A stretch of 64,000 nt of DNA from an uncultured Candidatus Saccharibacteria bacterium (GTDB taxonomy: Bacteria; Patescibacteriota; Minisyncoccia; Phycocordibacterales; Phycocordibacteraceae): positions 21,671 to 85,670 of the forward strand of contig CAZQGQ010000002.1 of assembly GCA_964593365.1 (NCBI GenBank). The letters run 5' to 3'. The notes under the pieces are model-generated. The model was not told the origin of the DNA. It saw nothing but the letters and a program-made list of their open reading frames with translations, and did no database searches. Shown here in pieces: positions 33,498 to 42,449 of this stretch; within the stretch, counting starts at the first letter, position 1, and the number at the start of each line of letters is the position of its first letter. A program made the translations under genes and the position numbers.

Positions 33498-36181
33498 GCG
33501 GCTAGTATACCGGTTTCGCTTCCCTTGCGGCGCGCAGGACCGATGAAGAAGAGTTCCTTGGCTATCTCGATAAGGAAGAGGTTCAGTACGCCGGCTGACG
33601 CGATGATGGCAAGGTCAAAGCCGCTCACAGGAACCGTATGAACGAGTGCCTGGATGAAAGGAACGAAGAGAGCCGCAAGAAGCATGAGGATGCTTCCGAG
33701 CAATGAGACCAGGAGCAACGGGTTAGAAAGGAGCGGCAGCTTCCAGAGCCTCGTACCAAAGGACTTCAAGGAGAAGGCGCCGGCGACCGAGCTTGCGGAG
33801 ATCGCGCCGAACATGATGGTGCGAAGCTCTTCCTCTGGAATACCCGTCCCGACAAGGTAGAAGTGGATGCAGATGAGCATGATGCCCGTCAGGCTTCCAA
33901 CACACACGATGAGCTTCAGAAGATCCATGGAGAGCACCTTGGCGACGTCAGGATGCTTTGGCGAGCGCTTCATGGCACTTGGATAGAGAGGCTCAAACGC
34001 AAGCGCGACGTTCATAGGACCTCCCTCAATCAAGTTCGCCCACATGATCTGGGTCGGAAGGATGGGAAGCGGGAGGCCAACAGCAAGGGACGCAGTAATA
34101 ACGAACATCTCGCTGAAGTTCGTGGAGAGCATGTACGCAAACATCTTCTTCACGTTGTCGCGAAGGCGTCTGCCTTCTTGGATCGCTTTGGTTATGACCG
34201 AGAAGTTGTCGTTCAAAAGAACGAGGTCAGACGCTTCCTTGGCGACATCGGTCCCGCTTCCAAGCGCAACGCCGATAGCGGCAGCTTCAAGCGCAGGAGC
34301 ATCGTTGACCCCGTCGCCTGTCATCGCGACAACTTCTCCAGCTGAGGTAAGCACGCGGGCAATACGAAGTTTGTCGGCCGGAGCAACGCGGGCAAAGACC
34401 GTATTCTCGCGAAGAAGCGCAAGGAGGGCATCGTCCCCGAGCTCCTTGAACTCAGCTCCGGTGTGCGCTGTAGCTCCTTCCTCGGCAATGCCTGTCTGCT
34501 TGGCAAACCAGAGCGCCGTTTCCGGATTGTCCCCGGTGAGCATTATGACGCGAGCACCCGCTCCCTGCATCTCGCGCACCGACTGCAGAGCGTCCTTTCG
34601 AACCACGTCCGAGAAGACGATGAATCCAATAAGTTCCAGTGTTGAAATGAATGCTTCAAGGTTTGCTTCCTCTGGGAAAGCCTTATCTTTGGTAACGATT
34701 CGCCCGACCGCAAGCACGCGCTTCCCTTCGCGTGCGGCACGCTTCAATGCTTCCTCAAAGTATTCTGCGTTCTCCGGAGTAAACGCGCGGTCGCCGCCTC
34801 TCGTTCCCATAGAGCGGACAGCGTGTGCGAGGAAGAGTTCCGGCACCCCCGTTACGTAAGCGACATTCTTTGCTCCTTCTTTGACGATCATGCCCCCAAA
34901 GCGGCGCGTTGAGGTGAAATGCAGCTCATCTATTCGAGGACACTCGGCTCGAAGCACGCGCTCTGAGAACCCTGCCTCAAGGCCAGCAAGAAGGATTGCC
35001 TGCTCCATAGGGCGGCCCCTCGCAACGATAAGGTCTGCACCTGGCGCCGGGTCATCCACTTCCTCTATATAGCCGTCAGAGGCGAGAACGGCAGCACGAA
35101 GCATGGTGCGGGCAGTCTCTCCGTCTGCCTCTTCAGTCGTGCCTGCGAGCGTTACAAATCCTGCAGCTTTCATTCGCCCTTCGGTCAGCGTTCCTGTCTT
35201 GTCCGTCAAAATGATACTTGTCGCTCCCAGGGTCTCGGCAGCAAGAAGATTGCGAACGAGTCCTCCTGACTTCAAGATCCGCTCCATGCCAAGCGCGAGT
35301 ACAACCGTAACGGCAGCAGGAAGGCCTTCTGGGATAGACGCGACCGCAAGAGAGATAGCGATCAGGAATGTTTCGCTAAGCGAGAGGCCACGGAGAAGTG
35401 CGAGTGTTCCGATAAGCACGATGACCACGGCAACCAAAACCAGAAGGAGCCGGGCAATGCTTTTAATATCGCGCTGCAGCGGGGTTTCGGTTCGATGCCC
35501 TTGTGAAAGTTCGCGAGCGATTGCACCCAGTTCGGTGTGCTCCCCTGTTGCAACCACGACGCCAGTCGCAGCTCCTGAGACGGTGAGGGTTCCTGCGTAT
35601 GCCATGTTCGAACGCTCAACAAGCGGCGCGTCGGGCCGAACCGGTTCTGTCGCCTTGTCTACCGGAAGCCACTCTCCTGAAAGCGCAGCCTCTTGCACCA
35701 TGAGTCCGTGCACTTCAATAAGGCGGACGTCTGCTGGCACCTTAGCGCCAGCTGAAAGCACGACGATGTCACCAGGAACGACTTCTTCAGCCGGAATCTC
35801 ACGACGCTCTCCATGGCGAAGCACCACTGCATGGGGCGCTTCTTCTTTTTGAAGAGCAGCGAATGCGTTCCCTGCCCGTCCTTCTTGGAAGATACCGATA
35901 GCGACGTTAACGAGAAGTGCGAGCGCGATAATGAGCGCATCGGTGTAGTGGGAGATGAATAGCGTTGCAAAGGCAGCAAGCAAGAGCACTACCGCGATCG
36001 GGCTTTTGAGCTGTCTGAACACGCGCTTGAACAAGGTATCGGCCGGGGGCGTAGCGAGCCGGTTGCGACCTTGGCGAAGACGAAGACGAGCCTCTTCAAG
36101 CGAGAGACCTGTCGAGGCGTCTATACCGAATGCTGTAAGCGCCTCCTTTACAGGAAGCGCGTACCACGAGCGTAACTCCAT
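33494..36181 (-). CDS. P-type cation-transporting ATPase (P2-type, Ca2+/Mg2+-like)
   Basis: About 895 aa from MELRSW. The track extends the N-terminus to 36271. DKTGTLTEG, MLTGDNPETA and GDGVNDAPAL motifs. Confidence 0.85.
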   Translation of the reverse strand: MELRSWYALPVKEALTAFGIDASTGLSLEEARLRLRQGRNRLATPPADTLFKRVFRQLKSPIAVVLLLAAFATLFISHYTDALIIALALLVNVAIGIFQEGRAGNAFAALQKEEAPHAVVLRHGERREIPAEEVVPGDIVVLSAGAKVPADVRLIEVHGLMVQEAALSGEWLPVDKATEPVRPDAPLVERSNMAYAGTLTVSGAATGVVVATGEHTELGAIARELSQGHRTETPLQRDIKSIARLLLVLVAVVIVLIGTLALLRGLSLSETFLIAISLAVASIPEGLPAAVTVVLALGMERILKSGGLVRNLLAAETLGATSIILTDKTGTLTEGRMKAAGFVTLAGTTEEADGETARTMLRAAVLASDGYIEEVDDPAPGADLIVARGRPMEQAILLAGLEAGFSERVLRAECPRIDELHFTSTRRFGGMIVKEGAKNVAYVTGVPELFLAHAVRSMGTRGGDRAFTPENAEYFEEALKRAAREGKRVLAVGRIVTKDKAFPEEANLEAFISTLELIGFIVFSDVVRKDALQSVREMQGAGARVIMLTGDNPETALWFAKQTGIAEEGATAHTGAEFKELGDDALLALLRENTVFARVAPADKLRIARVLTSAGEVVAMTGDGVNDAPALEAAAIGVALGSGTDVAKEASDLVLLNDNFSVITKAIQEGRRLRDNVKKMFAYMLSTNFSEMFVITASLAVGLPLPILPTQIMWANLIEGGPMNVALAFEPLYPSAMKRSPKHPDVAKVLSMDLLKLIVCVGSLTGIMLICIHFYLVGTGIPEEELRTIMFGAISASSVAGAFSLKSFGTRLWKLPLLSNPLLLVSLLGSILMLLAALFVPFIQALVHTVPVSGFDLAIIASAGVLNLFLIEIAKELFFIGPARRKGSETGILAA

Positions 36182-36219
36182 TGAAATCAGTATACCAAGA
36201 GTGTGGTACCCTACGAAAT

Positions 36220-36672
36220 ATGACGATTCATGAAGGAATAAAGGCTGGCGTTCCAGAGGCTTTAAAGGCAAAAGACGAGGTGCGCCTGCGTACCCTACGC
36301 TCCCTTTTGACCGCGATGACCAATGAGGTGGTAGCTAAAAAGCGAAAGCCTAATGAATTCCTGACTGATGAAGAGGCGCTCGCAGTCCTTAAGAGGGCTT
36401 CCAACCAGAGAAAGGACTCCATCCAGCAATTTGAGGCTGCAGGACGCGGAGAACTTGCTGAGACTGAGAAAGCAGAGCTTGCCATCATCGAGGCGCTCCT
36501 CCCTGCCCAGATGTCTAAAGAAGAGATAGAGGCGGTCGTGAAAGCGAAAATTGCCGAGATGGGAGCAGATAAATCAAAAGCCGGTCAGCTCACGGGCGCA
36601 GTCATGAAAGACCTTAAGGGTAAGGCTGACGGAGGTGATGTAAAAGCCGTTGTTGACGCACTACTTTCGTAA
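36220..36672 (+). CDS. GatB/YqeY domain protein
   Basis: About 150 aa from MTIHEGIKAG. The track opens at 36181. Typical YqeY helical pattern (LKRASNQRKDSIQQFEAAGRGELAE). Confidence 0.75.
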   Translation: MTIHEGIKAGVPEALKAKDEVRLRTLRSLLTAMTNEVVAKKRKPNEFLTDEEALAVLKRASNQRKDSIQQFEAAGRGELAETEKAELAIIEALLPAQMSKEEIEAVVKAKIAEMGADKSKAGQLTGAVMKDLKGKADGGDVKAVVDALLS

Positions 36673-36683
36673 GAACAACTCGT

Positions 36684-36758
36684 TGGTGACCTCACGGGGA
36701 ATCGAACCCCGATTTCCAGCGTGAGAGGCTAGCGTCCTAACCGTTAGACGATGAGGCC
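36684..36758 (-). tRNA. tRNA-Glu (anticodon CUC)
   Basis: Cloverleaf: acceptor GGCCUCA/UGAGGUC, D-arm UCGUCUAACGGUUAGGAC, anticodon stem CUAGC/GCUGG with loop CUCUCAC, T-arm CGGGG-UUCGAUU-CCCCG, discriminator A, encoded CCA. Confidence 0.85.
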
Positions 36759-36797
36759 AGTCAGAGAAAAATACCAATACTTTACGCTTCCGGCAAG

Positions 36798-38084
36798 CTA
36801 GCGCTTCTTCCACTCAAGATCCTGGCGCACCAAATGCTCTACGTCCTTCTCGTCGTGGAGAAGCGCTTCCGTGATTCGCTCAGTGCGAACTGACTGTGAT
36901 CCCTTGATAAGGACAATGTCTCCAGGCTCGATAATGTCTGGGAGCGCTGCTGCAGCCGCATGCGAGTCATCAAAGTGGAAGACGCTCTCTTCCGTCTTTC
37001 CTGCTCCCCGAGCAGCTTCTGCAAGTGAGCGGGCCCGGAACCCGACACCGACGATAACGTCAGCGGTTTCCGCTGCGATCTTCCCTATCCGCTCATGCTC
37101 GTCCATGGAATAGCGTCCAAGCTCAAGCATGTCTCCCAAAACAGCAACGCAACGAGGCGTATCACAGACAAGTGCAAGGGACCGGAGAATCTCCTCAGTT
37201 GCCGCAGGAGACGCGTTGTATGAGTCATCGATCAAGATGACGCCCTTCTTGCCGCCTAGGATCCTGGCTCGCCCTGAAGGAGGAACATAGCTTGCAAGCC
37301 CCTTGAGGGCATCCTTGGCGCTCATACCAAGCGAGAGCGCAAGAGCGAGCGCTGCTGCTGGCGCGTAGAGCTGCTGACGGCCGAGCACGCCACGAACAAT
37401 AAGCATGTGCTTGTCATTTCCTACAAAAATTTGAGCCTGCATTCCTGCAGGCCTTCCTTCTTCCATATAGACTTGCACCTCCTCAAAGCGAATGTCCGCC
37501 TTTGGTGAGGTGCCGTAGGTGGTGACGGTAGCTGGTAGCGGCTTAGCGAGCGCCTCGGCAAACGAATCATCAGCAGATACGATAAGCGGAGCCTCAGGAG
37601 GGAGCGCATACGCTGGCGCAAATTCCTCTTTACGAACGTCCCCCGGAGACGCATATGCCTCAACATGCACCGGTACTTCAGGAAGTCGCGTGACGATAAC
37701 CGCATCAGGAGTTGCAATCTTCAAAATGCGAGCGAGGTCTCCAGGGCGATCCGCACCAACTTCAAGTACTAAAAGTTTCGGATAGTGACTTTTGAAAAAA
37801 ATAAGAGCGAGTGCTTCTTCAAACACCCCAAGCCAGTTCCCTACATTGATCCACGGATTCTCTACGCCAATAATGGTGAACGGGACCCCGAACTCGCTGT
37901 TATAGCTCTTCTCGCTTGCTCGAAGGTAATACCGTTCCTTAAGCGCTGCCGCGACCGCGTCCTTGGTCGAGGTCTTCCCCACGCTTCCTGTCACCATCAC
38001 GATGGTCGGCTTGTATTTTCGAAGGATTGCCCGTGACAAGAACGCAAGGACGGATGCTATTAGGTATCTAAAAAACTCTTTCAT
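36798..38084 (-). CDS. murF: UDP-N-acetylmuramoyl-tripeptide--D-alanyl-D-alanine ligase
   Basis: 428 aa. Mur ligase P-loop VTGSVGKTSTKD. Confidence 0.85.
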   Translation of the reverse strand: MKEFFRYLIASVLAFLSRAILRKYKPTIVMVTGSVGKTSTKDAVAAALKERYYLRASEKSYNSEFGVPFTIIGVENPWINVGNWLGVFEEALALIFFKSHYPKLLVLEVGADRPGDLARILKIATPDAVIVTRLPEVPVHVEAYASPGDVRKEEFAPAYALPPEAPLIVSADDSFAEALAKPLPATVTTYGTSPKADIRFEEVQVYMEEGRPAGMQAQIFVGNDKHMLIVRGVLGRQQLYAPAAALALALSLGMSAKDALKGLASYVPPSGRARILGGKKGVILIDDSYNASPAATEEILRSLALVCDTPRCVAVLGDMLELGRYSMDEHERIGKIAAETADVIVGVGFRARSLAEAARGAGKTEESVFHFDDSHAAAAALPDIIEPGDIVLIKGSQSVRTERITEALLHDEKDVEHLVRQDLEWKKR

Positions 38085-38111
38085 AACGATAAGAAATTAT
38101 ACTACCTCCTT

Positions 38112-39830
38112 CTACGGAGTGCGATCGGGTGGTAAATCGTAATAACTTATAAGGAAATGGGTCAGCTCCATAAAGGGCTCGGTCAATGTCTCGGAAGCAT
38201 AGCGCACGCCCTGAGGCTCGCGAGTGTACAAAAGGATAATGAACTTAGGATCATAGGCCGGGAAATAGCCAAAGAACGAGTGGAAGTAGCGATATGAGGA
38301 GTAGCCGCCTCCAGCGTCTGCGACCTGGGCTGTTCCTGTCTTTGCCGCAACACTCATTTCAGGGATGGTGTGCACCCCGCCAGCAAGCGCGTGATCGACC
38401 ACATGCACGAGCATGCGCGTGGTCTCTTCAACCGCTTCGGGCGAATACACACGCTCGCTTCCTCCCCACGAGAGCTCTTTGGTAACGCCATTCTCAAGTC
38501 GTATCGCTTTGACCAAGTGCGGCGTCACAAGCGATCCCTCGTTTGCAAGCGCGCCAAGCGCACGGATCATCTCAACGGGAGTCACCGCGATACCCTGACC
38601 GAAGGAAGCGGTCGCGTACTCAACATCGCGCGGACTGTCTTTGATGTTTTGTATATCACCTGAGATCTCGCTTGGAAGGTCAATGCCGGTCTCAGTTCCA
38701 AACCCGAGCTTTTCTATGTATGAGCGCATGCGCTCATGCCCGAGGCGTCCGGCGACATAGGAAGCACCGAGGTTAAGGGACTGGGAGAGCACTTCTTGAA
38801 GCGGAGTAACTCCACGAGCCTTCAAGTCATGGTTGCAGATCTTCTTGGTGTTCAAGGTGATGCAGCCCAGGTCGGTGTAGGTGGTGTCTGCATTCACAAC
38901 GCCCGCATCAATGCCTGAAGCGACAGTAAGCGCCTTAACAATCGAACCAAACTCATGACGGTGCTCGACAAGCGGATTGCCAAAATGCTCGGGATCCCCG
39001 TTTGCAACGTCATTGGGGTCATAGGACGGCACGCTCTCAAGCGCGATGATCTCTCCGGTCTTAGGGTCCATGATGATGCCGCTCGTCTCAACACTCGCGT
39101 ACCGGGCGCTCGCATCAAGCAGGATCTGTCGCAGCTTCTCTGCTACCACCGGTTCGATCGTCGTGATGAGATCCCCTTCTTTTGCATCGCGCGCATCTCC
39201 TGCAACGCTATCAAGGTTTGCGAAGAGTTCCGTGAAGAAGTTGCCGAAGAGTCCTTCGCTTCGCCTGGAGAGAACGTCTTCGTAGTAGCGCTCAAGACCG
39301 TAACGCCCTGCAAGCGAATCATCATTATCAAAGGCAACGAATCCGACTGACTGCGCAGACGAGTTTCCTGCCGGATAGCTTCGCCAGCGCTCGCGCTCAA
39401 CGATGACCCCCGGCATTTCAGCGTCAGCTATAACTTTTCCTGCGTTCTCGGGAAGGCGAACCGCGACCGCTTCGTACGGATCTCCCTTTTTGCTTGCCGC
39501 AGAGAGAAACATATCTCGATCCACAGAGGCTTGCGCTGCGATAAATGAATACGTTTGTTCAGGATCTTCTATGCGATCAGGCGCAACGGCAAGCCGGAAT
39601 CCGGTTGAAAGGCCTGCAGCAGAGATGAGCGTTCCGTCTTTGCGGGTGAAATAGATGGAGCCGCGATCATACAAAGCAGTTGAGGCGTTTGTGTACTGAC
39701 GTTCCGCTTTTAGAGAAAACTCTTCACCATGCACGACCTGTATGAAATACAGCCGTACGATAAGCAAGAGTGCAAAGAGGATGAGTGCTGCCGAGAAGAA
39801 GCGGAGCTTGAGCCGGAGCGCTGCCCGCAT
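38112..39830 (-). CDS. ftsI: Penicillin-binding protein transpeptidase (FtsI/PBP3-like)
   Basis: 572 aa. N-terminal TM, SxxK-like GSIVKAL, KTGT motif (AAKTGTAQV). Lies in the dcw cluster between ftsL and murF. Confidence 0.8.
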   Translation of the reverse strand: MRAALRLKLRFFSAALILFALLLIVRLYFIQVVHGEEFSLKAERQYTNASTALYDRGSIYFTRKDGTLISAAGLSTGFRLAVAPDRIEDPEQTYSFIAAQASVDRDMFLSAASKKGDPYEAVAVRLPENAGKVIADAEMPGVIVERERWRSYPAGNSSAQSVGFVAFDNDDSLAGRYGLERYYEDVLSRRSEGLFGNFFTELFANLDSVAGDARDAKEGDLITTIEPVVAEKLRQILLDASARYASVETSGIIMDPKTGEIIALESVPSYDPNDVANGDPEHFGNPLVEHRHEFGSIVKALTVASGIDAGVVNADTTYTDLGCITLNTKKICNHDLKARGVTPLQEVLSQSLNLGASYVAGRLGHERMRSYIEKLGFGTETGIDLPSEISGDIQNIKDSPRDVEYATASFGQGIAVTPVEMIRALGALANEGSLVTPHLVKAIRLENGVTKELSWGGSERVYSPEAVEETTRMLVHVVDHALAGGVHTIPEMSVAAKTGTAQVADAGGGYSSYRYFHSFFGYFPAYDPKFIILLYTREPQGVRYASETLTEPFMELTHFLISYYDLPPDRTP

Positions 39831-39833
39831 ATG

Positions 39834-40130
39834 CTAGCGAGACGCCCGGGTCACGGTTGGCGTGCCATCAAGCGCTACGTATTCAACTCGCTCCGGGAGG
39901 ACCAAACCGATGCTTGCCGCATCAATCTCATTCAAGCTTGCGATTTGAGCGTAGTACTGCGTTTCGAGAGCGCCTACGCGGCTCTCAGCCTCGCGAACGG
40001 AAGCCGCAAGTTCCGTCTGGGACGCTGCAAACAAGACCGCCGTTGCCAGAAGGCCTAGGTATGCGGTAAGCGCGAGGGCGCAAGCCGCAGAGAGTGCTGG
40101 GATGAGTTTAGGCATAGGCATAGGTGGCAA
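39834..40130 (-). CDS. ftsL: Cell division protein FtsL-like
   Basis: 98 aa single-TM coiled-coil protein between rsmH and ftsI. Confidence 0.55.
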   Translation of the reverse strand: MPPMPMPKLIPALSAACALALTAYLGLLATAVLFAASQTELAASVREAESRVGALETQYYAQIASLNEIDAASIGLVLPERVEYVALDGTPTVTRASR

Positions 40131-41049
40131 AGTGAGTAAGTGAAGAGGTCCCGCCTTCTAAACGCTCGAAGATGCGGAGCTTAGCGGAACGAGCGCGAGG
40201 GTTCTGTGTTCGCTCAGTTATAGAAGGCTCAATTGGCTTCTTGGTGATGACGGTTCCAAAACCCCCGTGTGCCCCATCTCGGAACATTGTTTTGACGACT
40301 CGGTCCTCAAGACTATGGAACGTGATGACAGCAATGCGTCCGCCAACCGAAAGGCGCTTCATCGCGCTTTGGAGCCCTTCGCGAAGCGCGCCGAGTTCAT
40401 CATTTACGTACATGCGAAGCGCTTGGAATGTTTTGGTTGCCGGATGGATGCGGCGACCGTGATACCACTCTGGTGTGCTTGCAATGACTGCGTCAGCGAG
40501 TGCCGTTGTCGTAAGGATGCGTTCCTTGGAACGGATGCGCACGATGCCGCGTGCGATTTGGCGTGCGAAGCGTTCTTCGCCAAGCGAGTGGAGAATATCG
40601 GAGAGCGTTTCCTCAGTGGCTGAGTTAACGACATCTGCCGCGGTTTTCCCCATTTCAGGAGTTCCGTAGGTCATGAGAAGCGGTTCCTCAACGCGAAATG
40701 AAAACCCACGACCGGACGTGAGGTGATACGAGCTCCAGCCCAGATCAAAGAGCGCTCCTGAAATTGTCTCCACCTGAAGCTCATCTAATATCCGATCAAG
40801 GTCACGGAAGTTCCCGAGCACTACTTCAGCGCGCACTCCCTCGCTTGTGCCTGCGATCTCTTTCCCTCGTTCAACTGCCTCAGGATCCGCATCAATGCCG
40901 ATCAGGAGCCCCTCGTGTTCAAGCTTCTGTAGCAATGCGCCGTAGTGCCCTGCCCCGCCAATAGTGGCGTCGACAATGATGTCGCCAGGAACGACGTTCA
41001 GCCCTTCGACTGCTTCCTTCAAAAAGACGCTTTCGTGTACGGAAGTCAT
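40108..41049 (-). CDS. rsmH: 16S rRNA (cytosine1402-N4)-methyltransferase
   Basis: About 313 aa from MTSVHESVFLKEAVEGL. The track opens at 41142. SAM motif VDATIGGAGH. Confidence 0.85.
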   Translation of the reverse strand: MTSVHESVFLKEAVEGLNVVPGDIIVDATIGGAGHYGALLQKLEHEGLLIGIDADPEAVERGKEIAGTSEGVRAEVVLGNFRDLDRILDELQVETISGALFDLGWSSYHLTSGRGFSFRVEEPLLMTYGTPEMGKTAADVVNSATEETLSDILHSLGEERFARQIARGIVRIRSKERILTTTALADAVIASTPEWYHGRRIHPATKTFQALRMYVNDELGALREGLQSAMKRLSVGGRIAVITFHSLEDRVVKTMFRDGAHGGFGTVITKKPIEPSITERTQNPRARSAKLRIFERLEGGTSSLTHFATYAYA

Positions 41050-41050
41050 A

Positions 41051-41470
41051 TTAGATGGAAAGCTTCTCAGCGAACTGATCAGCATCGCGCTCGATCGACG
41101 CGGTGTACGAAGTCCAAGCGCTCTCATCCCAAATCTCAACACGATCAGACACGCCGGCGATCACACTCTTCTCTTTCAAGTTTGCAAAGGAGCGAAGATA
41201 GTCTGGAACCAAGACGCGTCCTGCAGAATCAACGTCAGCTTCAGCAGCTCCTGCGAGCATGAGGCGTGCAAGGCCGCGGCCGGCGCTTCCGCCAGTTGAA
41301 TGACCTGCTATCTTTGCTGCTTCTTTCTTCCAAGAGGCTTTCGGGTATACAAAAAGACACTTATCGAGTCCGCGCGTCACAATGACGGAGTTACCGAGTT
41401 CCTTCCGGAACTTAGCCGGAAGTGAGATGCGATTTTTCGCGTCAAACGTGTGTCGGTACTCTCCTATGAA
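41051..41470 (-). CDS. mraZ: Transcriptional regulator MraZ
   Basis: About 139 aa from MFIGEYRHTFDAKNRISLP. Duplicated DxxxR motifs (DAKNRISLP / DSAGRVLVP). Confidence 0.85.
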   Translation of the reverse strand, partial: FIGEYRHTFDAKNRISLPAKFRKELGNSVIVTRGLDKCLFVYPKASWKKEAAKIAGHSTGGSAGRGLARLMLAGAAEADVDSAGRVLVPDYLRSFANLKEKSVIAGVSDRVEIWDESAWTSYTASIERDADQFAEKLSI

Positions 41471-41635
41471 CATGAAAATAATGTGAGGGGGTGAAGTGAG
41501 GCCGTGGAAACACCCGCCGAAACCTTCCACTCACAAGCGTTCCACCATGACTTGGAACGGTATTGGAGTTTAAAAAACAAACTGTGGGTGGAAGGTCTCG
41601 ACGGGCGTTTGGGGATGATCTGTCTTAAAGTGATT

Positions 41636-41660
41636 ATCCCTAATCCCACTTCATCCCACT
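41636..41660 (-). promoter_or_regulatory. Candidate MraZ operator: three GGGAT direct repeats upstream of mraZ
   Basis: Minus strand reads GTGGGATgaaGTGGGATtaGGGAT, with repeat starts spaced 10 and 7 nt apart, about 170-190 nt upstream of the mraZ start. Confidence 0.4.
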
Positions 41661-41887
41661 AGTAAGCAAGTATATGACACTCTCTCCCACTTCCCTCTTT
41701 TAAGCCTGTGGATAAGGGAAGAAACGTTCGTTGACAGCCATATACAAGGCCGATAGGATGGTTCCTACATGACTCAAGCGATGTCCCAGGTCCTACGTAT
41801 TGTGATTCGTACCCTACTTACCAAGGTCGGGGTTTCGCTTGAGCTTTCTCCAATACGCATCTAAAAGGACAAAGAGAACACTGAAGC

Positions 41888-41911
41888 GAGCCCCCGACCG
41901 GGGGCTCGCTT
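41888..41911. terminator. Perfect 10-bp GC hairpin GCGAGCCCCC-gacc-GGGGGCTCGC
   Basis: Seen directly. Followed by TTGCGTTT on the plus strand. Lies about 75 nt upstream of the ATG at 41988, so could be a terminator or a 5'-UTR structure. Confidence 0.45.
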
Positions 41912-41987
41912 GCGTTTAGGCCGCAGGTTGTACCTTACAGACAAAAGACGTGCCTATCGTCTTTCAAACCCTACAAGGGGAATAATA

Positions 41988-42395
41988 ATGACGGTCTATG
42001 TAGCCCGTTCCACTGACCCGCTCTGCGTTCTGGCGCTTGAGCACTTGGCCTCTCTTGGCGCAGCAACGCGTGTTCTTGAGGACGACGAGCCGGTATCTGA
42101 GGATGCCATCTCGATTTTCCCGACAAGCGGAGCTATGCCAAGTAAGTTTTTCCGACTCGTGACGCCACACAACACGCGTCTGGGCATTGAGATTCCAGCA
42201 TGGGCTGCATCAGCTTCGCAGCACGTCGCTCTCAAGGCCTCCCGCACAGGGGAAGAACCGAACTTCAAGGCCGCCCTTTGTGACATGCACGCGCATCTCA
42301 CGGGGTGGACACCGCCTCCTACCGATAAAGCGAAAAAAGCTCCGCGCGAGCGGAGAAATCGGACGAGAGTCGGTCGGTGGATCGAATACGACTAA
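41988..42395 (+). CDS. Hypothetical protein (135 aa)
   Basis: Internal ATG with an AAGGGGA SD 8 nt upstream. The track opens at 41910 inside the hairpin. No motif recognised. Confidence 0.4.
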   Translation: MTVYVARSTDPLCVLALEHLASLGAATRVLEDDEPVSEDAISIFPTSGAMPSKFFRLVTPHNTRLGIEIPAWAASASQHVALKASRTGEEPNFKAALCDMHAHLTGWTPPPTDKAKKAPRERRNRTRVGRWIEYD

Positions 42396-42449
42396 GTCAG
42401 CCATTCCGTATTGGAATGCAGGCGGTCCCACTTTGTTGGGGCCGCTTTC

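Noticed and set aside
35103-35852. Long alternative-frame ORFs inside large GC-rich genes (for example 35103..35852 and 34044..34859 within the P-type ATPase, 50329..50958 within rseP, 47878..48555 within mreB, 51391..52065 within frr/rnr)
   Set aside because: These lie antisense or out of frame within genes that have strong family signatures. Their products are low-complexity Ala/Arg/Ser-rich sequences typical of spurious ORFs in high-GC DNA.
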